Shown: positions 25,901 through 39,386, numbered from the stretch's first letter. The stretch: 64,000 bases of DNA from Tubulanus polymorphus (GCF_964204645.1 NC_134025.1:5890001-5954000); one strand, 5' to 3'. Numbers and translations are program-made. The notes: generated by a model not told the origin, from the sequence alone.

Positions 25901-28900
25901 TCTTGTTTATCTGCATGCTATACATTGAAATGTATCACCATCAATCCATGCTGATACATGCACAGTAATGAATAGATGTGAGAGAGTTGAGAAATATCAA
26001 GTACAAATGGGTTCAGATATAAATCCAACTCAACTAAATATAAAATGTATTTACAGGCTGGATGCATAATTATAGTAAGTCAAACGAGTGTGCATGCCTT
26101 CATTTTATGAATATATGTGCATTGCCTGTCCTGGAGACTCCTGAAGTTCAAAAACCTCATATGAAAGAAACCTGTTAAGATTATGACATTATTCATTCCA
26201 TAGATATCACACAGTTTCTACTATGGTTAATCATGAATCAATAAATCAAGATGTTTGAAGGAATATATATGGGATCTAGGAACGGGGTAAGATTTATTGA
26301 AAGGAATCACTCAACATTCATGGGACTGTTTCGTGCGATCGAGTCACTGGAATTGATGAACACTCTTAAATCTCAGCGTTATTCTCTATGAGAACAACCC
26401 TCCCATATGTTGTATATCAATAACCTTACCTTTCTTCTTTGCCGGAGTCGTGGACTCTTTTTCCGTATTAAAATTAAAAGTTTTGCAGAAATTAAGTGAA
26501 TGCGTATGGCCAGCATTAAGAGAAAGATGTTGAGAGGTTAGACAGGATAGACATGTATAATTATTATAGTCAATAAGAGATAGACAGAGTGGCTTTCAAT
26601 TTTAACACCTAACAATATCAATGAAAGTTCAAGTTTCCATACTCTTAATAAAATTTCGAGACCACATTTCGAGTCAAAGCCATGTGTTCATTGATACTGT
26701 CGATGTTAAAAGCTATCATTGTTTTTAATGAGTTTCATTGTCATCCTTTTGTGATTTATGATGAGCATTTGATTGAAGCATAAATATATTTGTGACATGT
26801 GACAAGTTAAGGTCTTTATGAACACTGAAGAAATACATGTACGTATTAAATGTTTAATATTAACTCTATTAATTAAGCTGTCATGCTATGTTCTACAAAA
26901 GAATTCTGTGGTCACATGTAATATATATATACCGCTATAAATATATGGTGAAGAAAATGTTAGTAGTATCAGAAGAAGAGTTTCATTTGTTATTTGGAAC
27001 TGAGAAGAAAAACTAATATATCTATACACTAGTTAATGTGAAATAAGTCAAAATGGGATTATCAAAATATTGCTATTCATATTACAATAATAATGAAACA
27101 CAAGCCTAATACTATTTGACACATAGATTCCATTAAATATCAAGTTAACATGAATCATTTACATCAAAATCTAAAATTCCTAAAGCTTGAAAATAAAGTA
27201 CATGTAATGGTGCACATCTGTAACGTAACGATCCATCTACATGTGTTTAGAATGCGAAACAAATTCATCACGAATTTCTGGACTAATCAGTAAGATCTTG
27301 CGATACATCGCTTAAGAATAAGTTACAGTTTTGACCCTGTGAATTCGTACAAGTGTTCCCAATATTTTCGTATTTCAAATGCCTATTGGAAGGTTGTTTA
27401 CTTGCTGGACCTGGATTGACTTGCCTCTATTAATAGGAATAACGAGCTTACTGGGTTTTGTGATAGAAAAGGGAGAATTTTTCTTTTGGTGATAAGGAAG
27501 TTTATCTTCAAGATTGGATGTAGTAAATCATAGCGGAAGGTTTGCTAGTAGAAGATTTTGTTAGTCTGGTATTCAAGTAGAAAGCTCCATCGAAAGCTAT
27601 AATCGAGGATCGGCCCATTTCATTAGAAAATAAGAAAATAATCATGAAATGTTTAAACAGCTGAAACACTCACCAGGAAACATGTAATTGCCGAACATTC
27701 CCATTCCAAATTTAAACGATGACTGACGTCTTCGACTCAGATTAAACTGTGGAGCTGACTGTTGGCGAATATATGACTTTTCTTTCTCTGGACAATAATA
27801 TAACACAATGTTTGTTTATATGTGTGCAAGAACCAATAGTAGATCGGCCTTGATGAACATACAGGTGAAAATGTAGATAATATACTTAAGTGATTAGTAT
27901 CTCGCGACATTCCTCAACCTGTTAACTGCGGAACATGAGACATTTTTGCATGAATAATTTTGTTGAATTTAACCACGTCATTGTAATCAATGCAGCAGTC
28001 AGAGCCAGACTTCCAACAACTTTTTGTTTTTAGAATAGCAGACAATCGTTTAATACAGAAGTATTTACAGTTAACAGGTTAAATAGTATATATATATATA
28101 TATATATAATACATACGAGTATAAATATACACATGATATATGTTTAACCTTCCCCAAAATGCTTTAACATGCATATGTATTTATGAATGAATGAGGTAGG
28201 GAATCTTTTTTGAAACATCTGTGTTTTACTATGAAAATACCATCAATCACTATCTATTGAAGCAGAGGTTTTTCGAAGAATTGTGGACTTAGACAACCGA
28301 AACTATACTTTATACTAAACCAACTATACTTTATAATCTACTAGATTCCAGTGTCCAAAGTATTGTGATAAATCTTATCAATCATACAGATATCAGTAAT
28401 TTTTTTGCTGTAAAGCAAACATTTATGTAAATGAATTCAATTGATGCAAGGCGGTGATCATATAATATTATGCAGGATATAGTACAGGATGCCTACCTCT
28501 AGTAACCGGAGAAACAGTAGTCTTGGCAACCAGATGAAGCGGTACGGAGCATGCGCGTCGATACGGAGGCTTACCCATAATACTTTCACAAACAGATCTT
28601 ACACTATCCGTACGAGCTAGTGCAAACCTTGCTCGGTTTAGTTTTCGCAGGAAATGTTCGCTGTCTCTGTTACTGCTCACAAGATCTGAAGAATATCACA
28701 AATAGAGACTAATGTGCATACACTGTACATAAGATAACCTTTGAGAAGTGCTTCCAAATGTATCAAAAGCTTGGCTGAATATATCATGATTAGTAGTTCT
28801 ATCCACAACAAGTACTAGTTCAGCAAGTGGCCCAAAAAAATTATTTCAATTAATTCATATATTCAAGAGGTTAGGTGAGAGAAATTAGTAGATCATCTTG

Positions 28901-31900
28901 CCTATGCTCTTATTTACTTACCAGTGGGATAAGCTATATCCCCATTGCTTTCTAAGTCCAGTTGAGCCTCTAGAGATAACGTGTCAAATCGATTCAAGAA
29001 GAACTCCCACGTAAGTATACGTTCATTCTTCAACAATGTGAACAATTCATACATACGCTGCAGAATCATACATCTATCCTGAATAACTGAGTCGAACTGA
29101 TATTCTAAACACATACACATACACTGTAACAAAATAGAACAATATAAAGTAATGTATGACCTGAATTGCAAGCCCAAAAACCAGTATGAAAATATGTATG
29201 TAATTCATTGACAAGTGAGTAAGACCTGACTAACCTAAGAACTAAGAACCATGGACGTATAAACAAGATAAACTAGCTTTGCACCATTTTGATATGTTTA
29301 GCTGATGGATGCTGCTATGCTTTAAGTTCATATCAAATTTCAGTTAGTATTAACTTTATTCAATTGTAATAGTTTATACGTCCATGTAAGAACTAACCTT
29401 AAGTGATTGTGATTTTATAGTCTCTAAGTAAAGCATTGTTCTCTGAGCAACTGCAGCATTGATATCATCCAATGAACCGACCAGATAGCAAAAGGCATGA
29501 GCAAGAGCCGTCAGAATTGGTTGGTTGTTCTTGATTGTCTTAGCATCCAACAATCGAGCCAAAACTGTGACTTTCTCAACTGAAAAGGAGTTAAAATTTG
29601 TTTACCATATCATTAAATTAGAAATTACCAATGTCCTTCCAATCCTAAAATGAATCATTTATAATAATTGGCCTTATCAAAATACTGAATATCTAGTTTC
29701 TAATGACTTCTTCCAAAAATACACAAATTCTTGCTTCTACACATTACCTGCAGCATATCGAAGTTTCCAATCTTCACTTGTGAAATCATTTTCTACTAGT
29801 TTCCAGAAAACATCTGAACCAGATGGTAAAGTTAAACAGTGCAGTAACAATGGAACAGCCACTGCAGCTATGTGAGACAAATCCGCTCCCAATAACTTCC
29901 ATAGGCTAAAAAGATTAGTCAAAATTTGATGAATGATCTAAAAGCTACCTATACCACAAACAGGAACAAGGAGAAACACAAAGATCTTCATGATTTTCCA
30001 ACTTACTTGGGTATTAGCATCTTGCGAAGGCAGTAACATACAAATTCTTCATTATCTTTGGCTGCATAATTTAAACATTCAGCATGTAGACAAAGTAACT
30101 TCAGCGATGTCAACAGATGAAATATGGCATCTTTGTCTTTTTGATCACACAGTTCCTACAACAGTACATAAATTGTATCAATATTTATGGATGATATAAA
30201 ATCTTGGCTTTTTTAGTTCCCACTATTTCAAACACTTGTATAACGATGCTATGCAGATACCAAAGTACTGAAAAAATATGTAATACCAAACCTTCAGTAA
30301 TGCATGAATAAGTTGAAGATGAGAAGGTAGTTGATCTAGAATGAAATTTGGAGGTTCCTCCACCTCTTCCTCCTCTTCTTCCTCATTTTCCTCCTTTTCA
30401 GTTTGACCTTATTAATAAATAAGATTTTGATAGTTTAATGCACGCAATCAGCTAAATAACTTGTATATCATATATTACTTGTGATACACATATATGTAAT
30501 TCGATCTACTGGGTACTTCTCTGTTACTCAATCACTGAAAATAATACTTAGAAGCTTTGTGTATCAAATATTCCTTGAAATTTACTTATCATCTACCTAA
30601 GAACAGCTTACATTAACCATAGTTACATCTATTGGCACATGTAGATAAAATACATGTGCACTTCACATTGTTGCGCATGCCTTTTAACAATGAAGATTAA
30701 CATAAAAAATGACTACTACAAAGATATGATATGTCAACTTTCCTCATACAGTAACCATATATACTTGATATGCTGCGTCATATGGTGCATATATATTTAA
30801 AACTTATGTGCATCAACATGTATATACCAAAAGTTTTCCCAGTATGGTAGAAATGTTGGGGGGCTCATGCTTTACAGTGTACCAATGTATATGTACCTAA
30901 CATAGATTACTTACAGGGTGTAATTGGTATGGCTCTGTTATGAGATTGGGAAGAATGTTTTAATTTTTCCCTGTCACCTACATCAGGAGAAAATCATTCA
31001 AATGCATGATTGTGAAATAAATGAATTTGATAACCCAAAAAACAAGTCAATTAGAAATAAACAGAAGTTCGAGAGATCTCTAAATGAATTTTGAGAATCA
31101 ATTTCAAGACTGCAAGATGGAGATGTAAAACTTAGATATCAATGTATGCAGTCACACAAATTAAAATGATTTATTTACCATTACTAGGCTGACCTTTTGT
31201 AATATCATCAACTTTCGGAAGCTCTTTCTCTGGAAGTTTTACAGCATCTCTTGGCGCGATGAATTCAACTGCTTGGCAACAAAGTTGTAAGAATAGCGCA
31301 CATGATTGGCAGAATTCACACTCATTGGCTTTATCGGCATCTTTCTCACACAAATGTTTGCCCTCCCACGGTGCCTCCATCATTTTTGTCAATAGTAGCA
31401 TGATATCTTTAGATGTCTCATGGAAGATACTTTGATGACGAGGGGCTTCTTGTATTTCTGCCTGTATTGAAAACACCAGACAATTAATGCTTACAAAGCA
31501 GACACTACACGAAAATATGGCTGCCTCATTAAATCTGCCTATGACATCAAAGGTCAATTTGATGATGTCATAAGGCAATTTAATGATTCCTATCATCTTT
31601 TCTGTAAGGACTGTCCCTAATTTTCAGAATTTAAAGATGCTTATGTTCAACTGATCAATAATTGATGAATCATCTCACCTGTTTGAGAGATACATCTAAC
31701 ATGTAGATAAAACACTTCAAATTCAGCTCAGATTCCTTCTCATAACTATCCACAGTGGGAAGTGGAGCCTGCGGTTTATCTGGTGTCAAAGGTGATATGA
31801 TATCTTCAGGTTTTGCTGTTGCTGGGGATAACATAGACGGAGGAGGTAAAGGTGGTTGTAAAGTTCCTGGTTCTGCCGGCTTTTGTAGATCGATCAATGA

Positions 31901-34900
31901 TTGTACTCCCATTCTAAATGTACGCACCATCATTTGTAATGGTACTATTATATCTAATGAAGACAGGATCTGAAATTTGTTCCAAAAAAAATAGTTAATG
32001 AGCATAAAAATTATGAATAATGTGAAGAATTTAAACATACCTGTAGCCAGAGTAATGATTGTTCCTGGACAGAAGCAGTAGTTTCATCAAATCTTTCTGA
32101 TATGAATTGATACATTTTCTCTACTGAGAATGGCAATGGACACATATCGGTGTCAAACATTTTACTGAAAAATAAACATTTCACCCTGGTATATTCACCT
32201 AATTACAGGAAGAAAACACTGCAGACAATCATGACTATTTGATTTAAATGATATACCTCAATAAAACTTTCAGCTCTGGCAATTCATCCTCTGGGATTTC
32301 AGTTCGTATCGCTTCCAGCCAATATGGCATAACATAATCCCAGACATTAAACGTCACTATGTCATACGGAATCAAACAAAATAACCTATTCAAGCCTTCT
32401 TTTATTTGACTAGTGCGACTTGACAGTGTATCCCTAAAATAAGAAAGATTTATATAAGTAAGTTAAAAAGCTCCATCAAATCTCATACTTGTTTTTAGTG
32501 TTTTTGCCAATTCAATGAACTTACCAATGACCTCCAACCCTGGCATATTCTACTGGATGAGGCAATAAACATGATAAAATAACCTCCAAATAATTCTTCG
32601 ATACATCTTGCAACCAATTGTAAATATACTAAAGAAAAGATAATATCCCAATTCATCATAATCTAACGAAGAAAGTATTCACATTCATTGAAATTACTTT
32701 TTGCAATCATTTGAATTAAAATTATAAGAAAGTTGAAGGCAAAGTATCCACAGGCGTAACAAAGTAATAGCCAGCAGCCAATATGGAAGGATACATAACG
32801 TTACTTCAAAGCAATACAAAAGACAAAATATTACAATTGAATAAAGTTAATTCGATATGAACTTAAATTGGATATGAACTTAAAGCATAGCAGCATCCAT
32901 CAGCTAAACATATCAAAATGGTGCAAAGCTTGTTTAGTGTTGATGAAATTAATGACAAAAGTCGTAATATACCAGTACATATATCTAACCAGCACAACTG
33001 GAGATTGTACACATGCACTGTGAACTATACGTGCATCCAACATATTGATGAAATGAATTGTTGGAAGCACATCCATTGATGTTTAGCAGGCGATTTATGG
33101 TGGCTGTGCAAAAAACAGTGAAGCACAAGTGGGTAACAGCTAATTACCACACAGACTTACATGTATTTTTGTCAGGAGTATGGCCTGAATACATAAGAAC
33201 AAATAAATTCAGGATAGGGTTTCGTGCTTGAATACTAGAGACAGTGATTTTCATGAAATAAAATGGAAAAAAAACTAAAATCTGCATAAATACATACATA
33301 CATACGTACATACGTATGTATATACGCATATAGGTATAAATAATGAAGGTTAAAATGATTGTAAGGTCTACACAGAATCAAAATACACTACTGATGTCTA
33401 TATGCCTATTCATAAAATATATAAATAAAAACAAAAGAATAGCCTTTTTCGGTTTATATAACTGATGGAGTTTTATCATACTAGGTCAAATCATCTCATG
33501 CAAAAAGGGCATCAAATATCCTTAATCTATGTTAATATTTTTCTAAAAATAAAATGATAGTCAATAATAGGTATTCTGAGTAGTTTTAATGATGGATATG
33601 TTTTTGACATCTATATACTCAAATTATCACATGCATGAAGGCATAATATTCCTTCAGTATTTAGATAATTTTTAATAAAATATTTGTAATAAGATATTTC
33701 ACCTCTGGTTTAAGTCTTTCCAGTGCATTCCCAACATTATCTGAAAAGAAAAAGGATATATACTTAAATATACCATTTTAATCATTAGCTGGAAATGGAT
33801 TTATTCCAGCATGTACTGCATTTACCATCAGGAAGGTAAGCTGTAGCATCAAACCATTGAAACAACATTGCCAATAATCGTCCCAATATCTCCTACAAAA
33901 ACAATGATAACCATTCTTATGGATGCTGAATGAAAGTTACAATATCTTCCGTAAAACTGATAGATACAGCTTATCAACAGAGACAGCTTATCAACAACCA
34001 GATCTGTCTGATCACTAGAAACACTGTTTTTGACCACTATAAGCCACGCTTACACCCGACGTTATTTAGGATGTCCATAATTCAGTCTGTTCCATTTTAG
34101 AACAGACAAACTAACGATCTTTTGAACGTAGATCTAGACTTACCACTGGAATATCATCAGTGATTTTGCACAATTCGACTAATAACCAGACTCCGTAACG
34201 ACTCATCAATTTCTGTTCATCATCCTCTTCATTCTCTGGCTCTTCCTCTTCTTCGAAGTGATGTTGTGATATATGTTCTTCTCCCATCTCGACAACTCGT
34301 TTCTCCTCCAGCGGTTGAGCTTCTTTCAGTAGACTAGCAAAGACAGAAAAATTATATCAACTTAGAACTTCCGAGTAATGTAACAGAAAAACATTAGTGA
34401 GGATCCATCCGAGAAATCTTAAGTGCAATTAAAGATTTCATGTATATTTCAACACTTGGCCTGATAATGAAAACTGAATTATTGTCCTTTACTGTAAAAC
34501 CTTTACCTTACAATACCTTCCACTAAGTAACTCTGCATTTCAGGTTCACAATCCCAAACTTGTGGTATAGTCTTTTGGATGACATGTTTACAGTTGTCTT
34601 TGTGCTTTGACAAATGACAAGCTTCGCAGTAACGGATAGGTTTATTACCATTAAAACTTGCACAATCTATGCTAAAACAAGTGCACACTGCTGTCTTTTC
34701 CTTATTTTTACAATTCTATGAAAATGGAAAGAAAGATGACAAACTATGAACTCAAACCTAAATCGTATCAGCGACAAAGCTATCAAAGGCCATCAAGACA
34801 TACAAAACTTTGCAACTTAAAATTCTTTCATAACTAATGAATTTGTGAGAATTTGAGATTCATAGAAATCTTTGTATATATATATTTATATCAGTAAAAA

Positions 34901-37900
34901 CTGATTGATGCCAAGGCCTCTGATGATTTTACCTTATTCTCACAAATAAGAGACATAGTGTCCATCGGTTGAAGGACATCGGCAAGTAGTTCAGGATGAT
35001 TTCGGCGTCTCAAAGTATCAACACAATTCACACACAGGTAGAGTGGAGGTGGTTTATCAGATAAGTCAATAGCTAGTGCGGGATCCATACACATCTGTGC
35101 AAAATGACAATAGTTTGTAACGAACATACAGTAACTCCAACTATCAATTCATCTTGTCAACATCAAATCCAGACATTTCTCAGTTAATTTTTATCTACTG
35201 AACAAAGTCGAGTGATCTTTTATCCAGATTTCTCAGAAATTGGATGAATTTCATAGATCCCCGACGGTAGTTTCTACTTATATGAGATAATCACCTTTAC
35301 AGCGATACTGTTACCAGCATTAGTGCATTCAGCTCTTTGGCACGTTATTGGCTTCCACGCTGAAATACAGGTTCAAAATAAGTCATGGAAGAAATAATGA
35401 GGAATGTAGAATTAATGCATGGTAGAATATGTATGTGAGGAATTTTTTCGATTAGTCATTACATGATTCCCAGTGCCCTTGCAGGTATAACATCTGATAC
35501 CCCTGAGTTGTATTTCATACATCTATTTCACTTAAATATACATTCGGTAAAATGTTGCACTTAAACACTGAGACATGCAAACAAAAAACATGAATCCAAC
35601 AAATTCTCTGCCTTCCACTGAAGCAGAGTAGCTTGCAAAAGACTTTTTGCAATATCCTTAGTCTTGTTACCCTTAAAATGATGGTATTAAATGTCAACTT
35701 ATCTGGCCTAAATATGTATTGTGAAATGTTTCAGGTATGTACACTGGTATGTAAATAATAAGTAAGCAATTCTACACTGAATCTACACCAGGCAGTAACT
35801 ACTGTTAATTTGTCTAAATTGTCTAAATTAGTTTATTGAAATGAGAACACTGACATGTTTTATCTACCACATTCATGTGACGACTTCTTCGGAATCTATC
35901 CAGTGGTTTACTGCATCAACCATTGGATACATTCCCTGTTGAAAAATGCATGTTCAGGAAACTACCCCATTTATGTGTATAGTGAATGAAGCAAAATAAA
36001 AGAATCTGATTGACAAGTGATTGATGTTTAATGTTTGTTACAATGTTTCTGCTTACCAGTAAATCGGAATCGTCCTGGAAGATTATAGGTATTGAGACAG
36101 AAAAAATATATAATACATCCATGTATATATGTGACAGTCAAGACAATACGAGAACATTTGAAGCAAGAATTTTCCATGCGCGCAAAAAATCCAACAGAGA
36201 ATCTTTCAGATGATAAGTACCCACAAATAACTCAACGACCACTTCCTTTTATGGAGTGGCTTGTTCCTTTCTAGAAGGGTATACAGCGGATTCTCTGATG
36301 AATCTTTAAGAAATGACTATAAGCAGATGATGGTCTATAGATTGATAGAAGGAGGATATGCTTTTGCTAATGATAATATTAAGATGTATAAATGTTTTAT
36401 AAACAGTATTCATAGGATTTTTACACAACTGTAATTAATCATCAAAGAAAGCAGTTAGATGCAGTCAAATATCAGCAAAAATATATACATCAAGAGGATC
36501 TATTTTTGCTATCAGAAATTTATAATACCCAGGTAAAATTTGATCAATATTTCTTAACAAAAACAGTGCATCCAACTGCATCTTTTGATGGAAATAATTC
36601 TATCGAAACAAATTTATTTCCTTATTTACCGGAATATTTGTGATGAGTACCACGACGATCGGCTATAGCAGGGTTTAATTGCGGCCAGTAATAGAGCAGC
36701 AGATTGGCAGCCGGAGCACGAGATTGCGGAGGACCATACGCAATTACCATCAATAAATCCTGTTAATTAATATACACTTATCAAACTCCATAATAGATAT
36801 CAACTGCCTCAATAAATCCCCATACCGATATATAACAACTAGCGACTTCAACTATTTACTTAAAATACAAAGGAAAATTGATAATTCATTTTACATCACT
36901 GGTTAATCAATTAGTATTGTCATAGAGGATTTTGTGAAGGCAACCAATTTTCAGACAATTTTCAAAGACATGAATAAATTTAGACACGTATAGCCTATAT
37001 GATAACAGAATTGAAATGAATGATCTTACCTTAGCAATATCTTTCTTTAAACTCATCAGACATTCAATCAGTTTCGAGTGATACTCTACAAGACCATCAA
37101 ACGAAATTTTCATTAACAAGTCACTGATTCTCCCAGTAAAAACATAGGGACACAAAAATAAGTATCAACTTACCTTTATTTTCGACGTACTGAAACACCA
37201 TCATGATAATAGCCGCACATGATTCACAAGCATAAGTGGAATTTGATTGAAGTTCTGAACAACCTGAACGAAAAGATATGTTTGTCAATCCAGGAACATT
37301 CATTCAAAACGAAACACATCGCATGTCAGACTTGTACTTACCAAGCGTCATGGGAAGAAGATTTGAGTAGAGAAGATCTATTGTGTCTTTGTGTAAGCAA
37401 GCCGGAAATGTAGCTAATGTAGAAGCCACAGTATACGGAAGTGAATCGAGTAGATCATACTCTAAGAACGGAACTAAACAGCCGATAACATTCAGAACAG
37501 CTTCCCCAAGTGCAGTTTGTCCGTACTGAACCATCGGAACTGTATCAATTATATTCACTACGCATTGATACAGACCGGCGTAATTGAGATTCGGGAACAC
37601 CGATAATCGAACACTGTCCCGTTGTCTCGGACCAGAACTTTCAACAGGAAAACATGGCACATCTTTCAGTACGCTACAAATCAAAATTAAACAGAAATTC
37701 AGATTCTGTCTCTTAATATCCTTCAAATGAAATTGACACTATTTTCCTAATATTTAATCACCGATAGGCACAGCCAGTTTAATTACATACAGTAAAGGAA
37801 CTTTATTCATCTTTAAAAAATCAAAGTGACTCGATCTTTAAACACTTGATCTCTTCCATATTATTTGAATCAATAAAGGACCCATAGTTGTGATATGTTG

Positions 37901-38363
37901 GAGTTTGGCCTACAGAGTTATTGGATCCATAAGAGACCTATCATATGCCAGAAAAAAACTAATAAAAAATAAAGATATTACCTCATTAACGTCTGTGAGA
38001 AGAATTTCAGAGTATTCGCAATATCTACTCCTGATGGCAGCGGAGTTATATTGTTGATAGTGCGGTAGTGATAGTCCTTTAAATTCCGTAACTTAGCATT
38101 GACTGAAACAAGTAAAAAGCTCCAAATCTAAATCCAATAATAAATCTAATGATGGAATTATTGATTGGAATAATTACATAGACCTAGATTCAAAATTCAT
38201 AGGCCCTATTCGAAACTATTTGAACAAAATTAAAATGAAGACAATTTGCAATTCCTGATCATTTTCCGATTAGGCCTTTTATATAATATATATGTATCAA
38301 TAATACTAATATTGCAGAATGAATTAAACACAAAAACTTACATGTTGCAGCTCTTGTTGCCAT
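16926..38363 (-). CDS. UNC79: Protein unc-79 homolog (NALCN channel complex subunit), ~40 exons
   Basis: Starts MATRAATF|NAKLRNLKDYHYR...PLPSGVDIANTLKFFSQTLMS (38363; exon 38102-37982). Contains LPYTVASTLATFP, ILTWEFFLNRFDTLSLEAQ, NEDTLGSQLK and MDFWGRVTPGVLQLLSHSK; C-terminus LQFKLGQIEVQSSAAIQFYTV*. All of these match UNC79 as I recall it. Confidence 0.95.
27918..28078. mobile_element. piggyBac-type MITE in an UNC79 intron
   Basis: Perfect 11-bp TIR CCTGTTAACTG...CAGTTAACAGG, followed by TTAA on the right and preceded by TCAA (degenerate TTAA) on the left. Confidence 0.6.
29269..29345. repeat. Inverted repeat arm 1 (pairs with 32860-32936)
   Basis: 77 bp; reverse complement of 32860-32936 with 3 mismatches. 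Confidence 0.95.
32860..32936. repeat. Inverted repeat arm 2 (pairs with 29269-29345)
   Basis: Core GAACTTAAAGCATAGCAGCATCCATCAGCTAAACATATCAAAATGGTGCAAAGCT is the exact reverse complement of the arm 1 core. Confidence 0.95.
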
Positions 38364-38725
38364 GGTTTTTATTTATTTACTCAGATAGCGACAATCCAAA
38401 ATTGTTCCACTGCCTAAATAAAACAAAAAATATTCTAAACAATAAATCAACACCACAAGTCCTTTCAGATATTGGCCTAAAAATTTGTCTGAAAAGATTG
38501 AATACATAAAGCGTCAAAATCTAGCGGAAAAAGATAAATGACTATTCAATAACATATATTTTCAACAACTATGAATTCCCATGCTTGGCCTTACAGCCTA
38601 CTCGATCAGAACGACTATTCACACAGAACATTCAGGCCCATTCAGAGAATTTCTAGGGCGCCTACCATCACAATCGCACTGGAAATAATTGCTTATTGTT
38701 TTAACGAAAACCCCATGCACATTAC

Positions 38726-39386
38726 CTTCAGAAACGGCACCGAAAAATGCGACTAGATTAGAGAAATTCATCAAAATACGATGACAATTCTCTTGCTGGT
38801 CTGTCCGCCATTTTGTTCATCATATGCCGCATCCTCGGATGCTGATTGGCTGTATCCATAATCAAAACACACGCACGTGCTATAATGTTGTCATAATTTA
38901 TGTGATTTTTAATCCTCTTCATTTTGCCAGTTTTTAGATTATGGCTTTTTATATAAAGAAAAAGATTTTCCCATGAATTCAAACAGCATCGTGAATCATA
39001 AAGATTTAACGTGAAAACACAAGCTTTCGACTGGACTGATCACTGTAAAAATTACTTACATTCTTAGCAAATGGTATATTAATCGAATAAAATACAACTG
39101 TAAAATTCATCCGAACTAAAATTTCTAAAGCATCTCTTAGTGTTAATGATCTTTACCCGGCGTTTTAGCCAAAAACGAATGTTTAATGATGAATGTATTG
39201 GCTTGGCCTATTAACTAATCAGCATCCCGTTAGGTAGCAGCAGCTGACGGGCTACAGAATCAATATGGCGAGCCTAGATGCTGGATACATTTATTTCTCT
39301 TCTGTGGAAAATAACACTTGTTAACGTGTCTGATCGACAAAACGATGGATTTAACATCTTTATCGGGTATTTAGGCTTGCTCTGAG
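38726..39386. promoter_or_regulatory. Bidirectional promoter region with putative non-coding first exons of UNC79 (minus) and a divergent gene (plus)
   Basis: Minus-strand donor GAAG|GTAATG at ~38725 and plus-strand donor GAG|GTAAAA at ~39386. AAnATGGCG (YY1-like) motifs point outward at ~38805-38813 (minus) and ~39263-39271 (plus); CCAAT (minus) at ~38845. Confidence 0.55.

Noticed and set aside
35868-35910. AG/GT-bounded segments in UNC79 introns (also ~34055-34086 and ~30517-30534) as cassette or poison exons
   Set aside because: They contain in-frame stops and/or weak donors and cannot be distinguished from chance sites.
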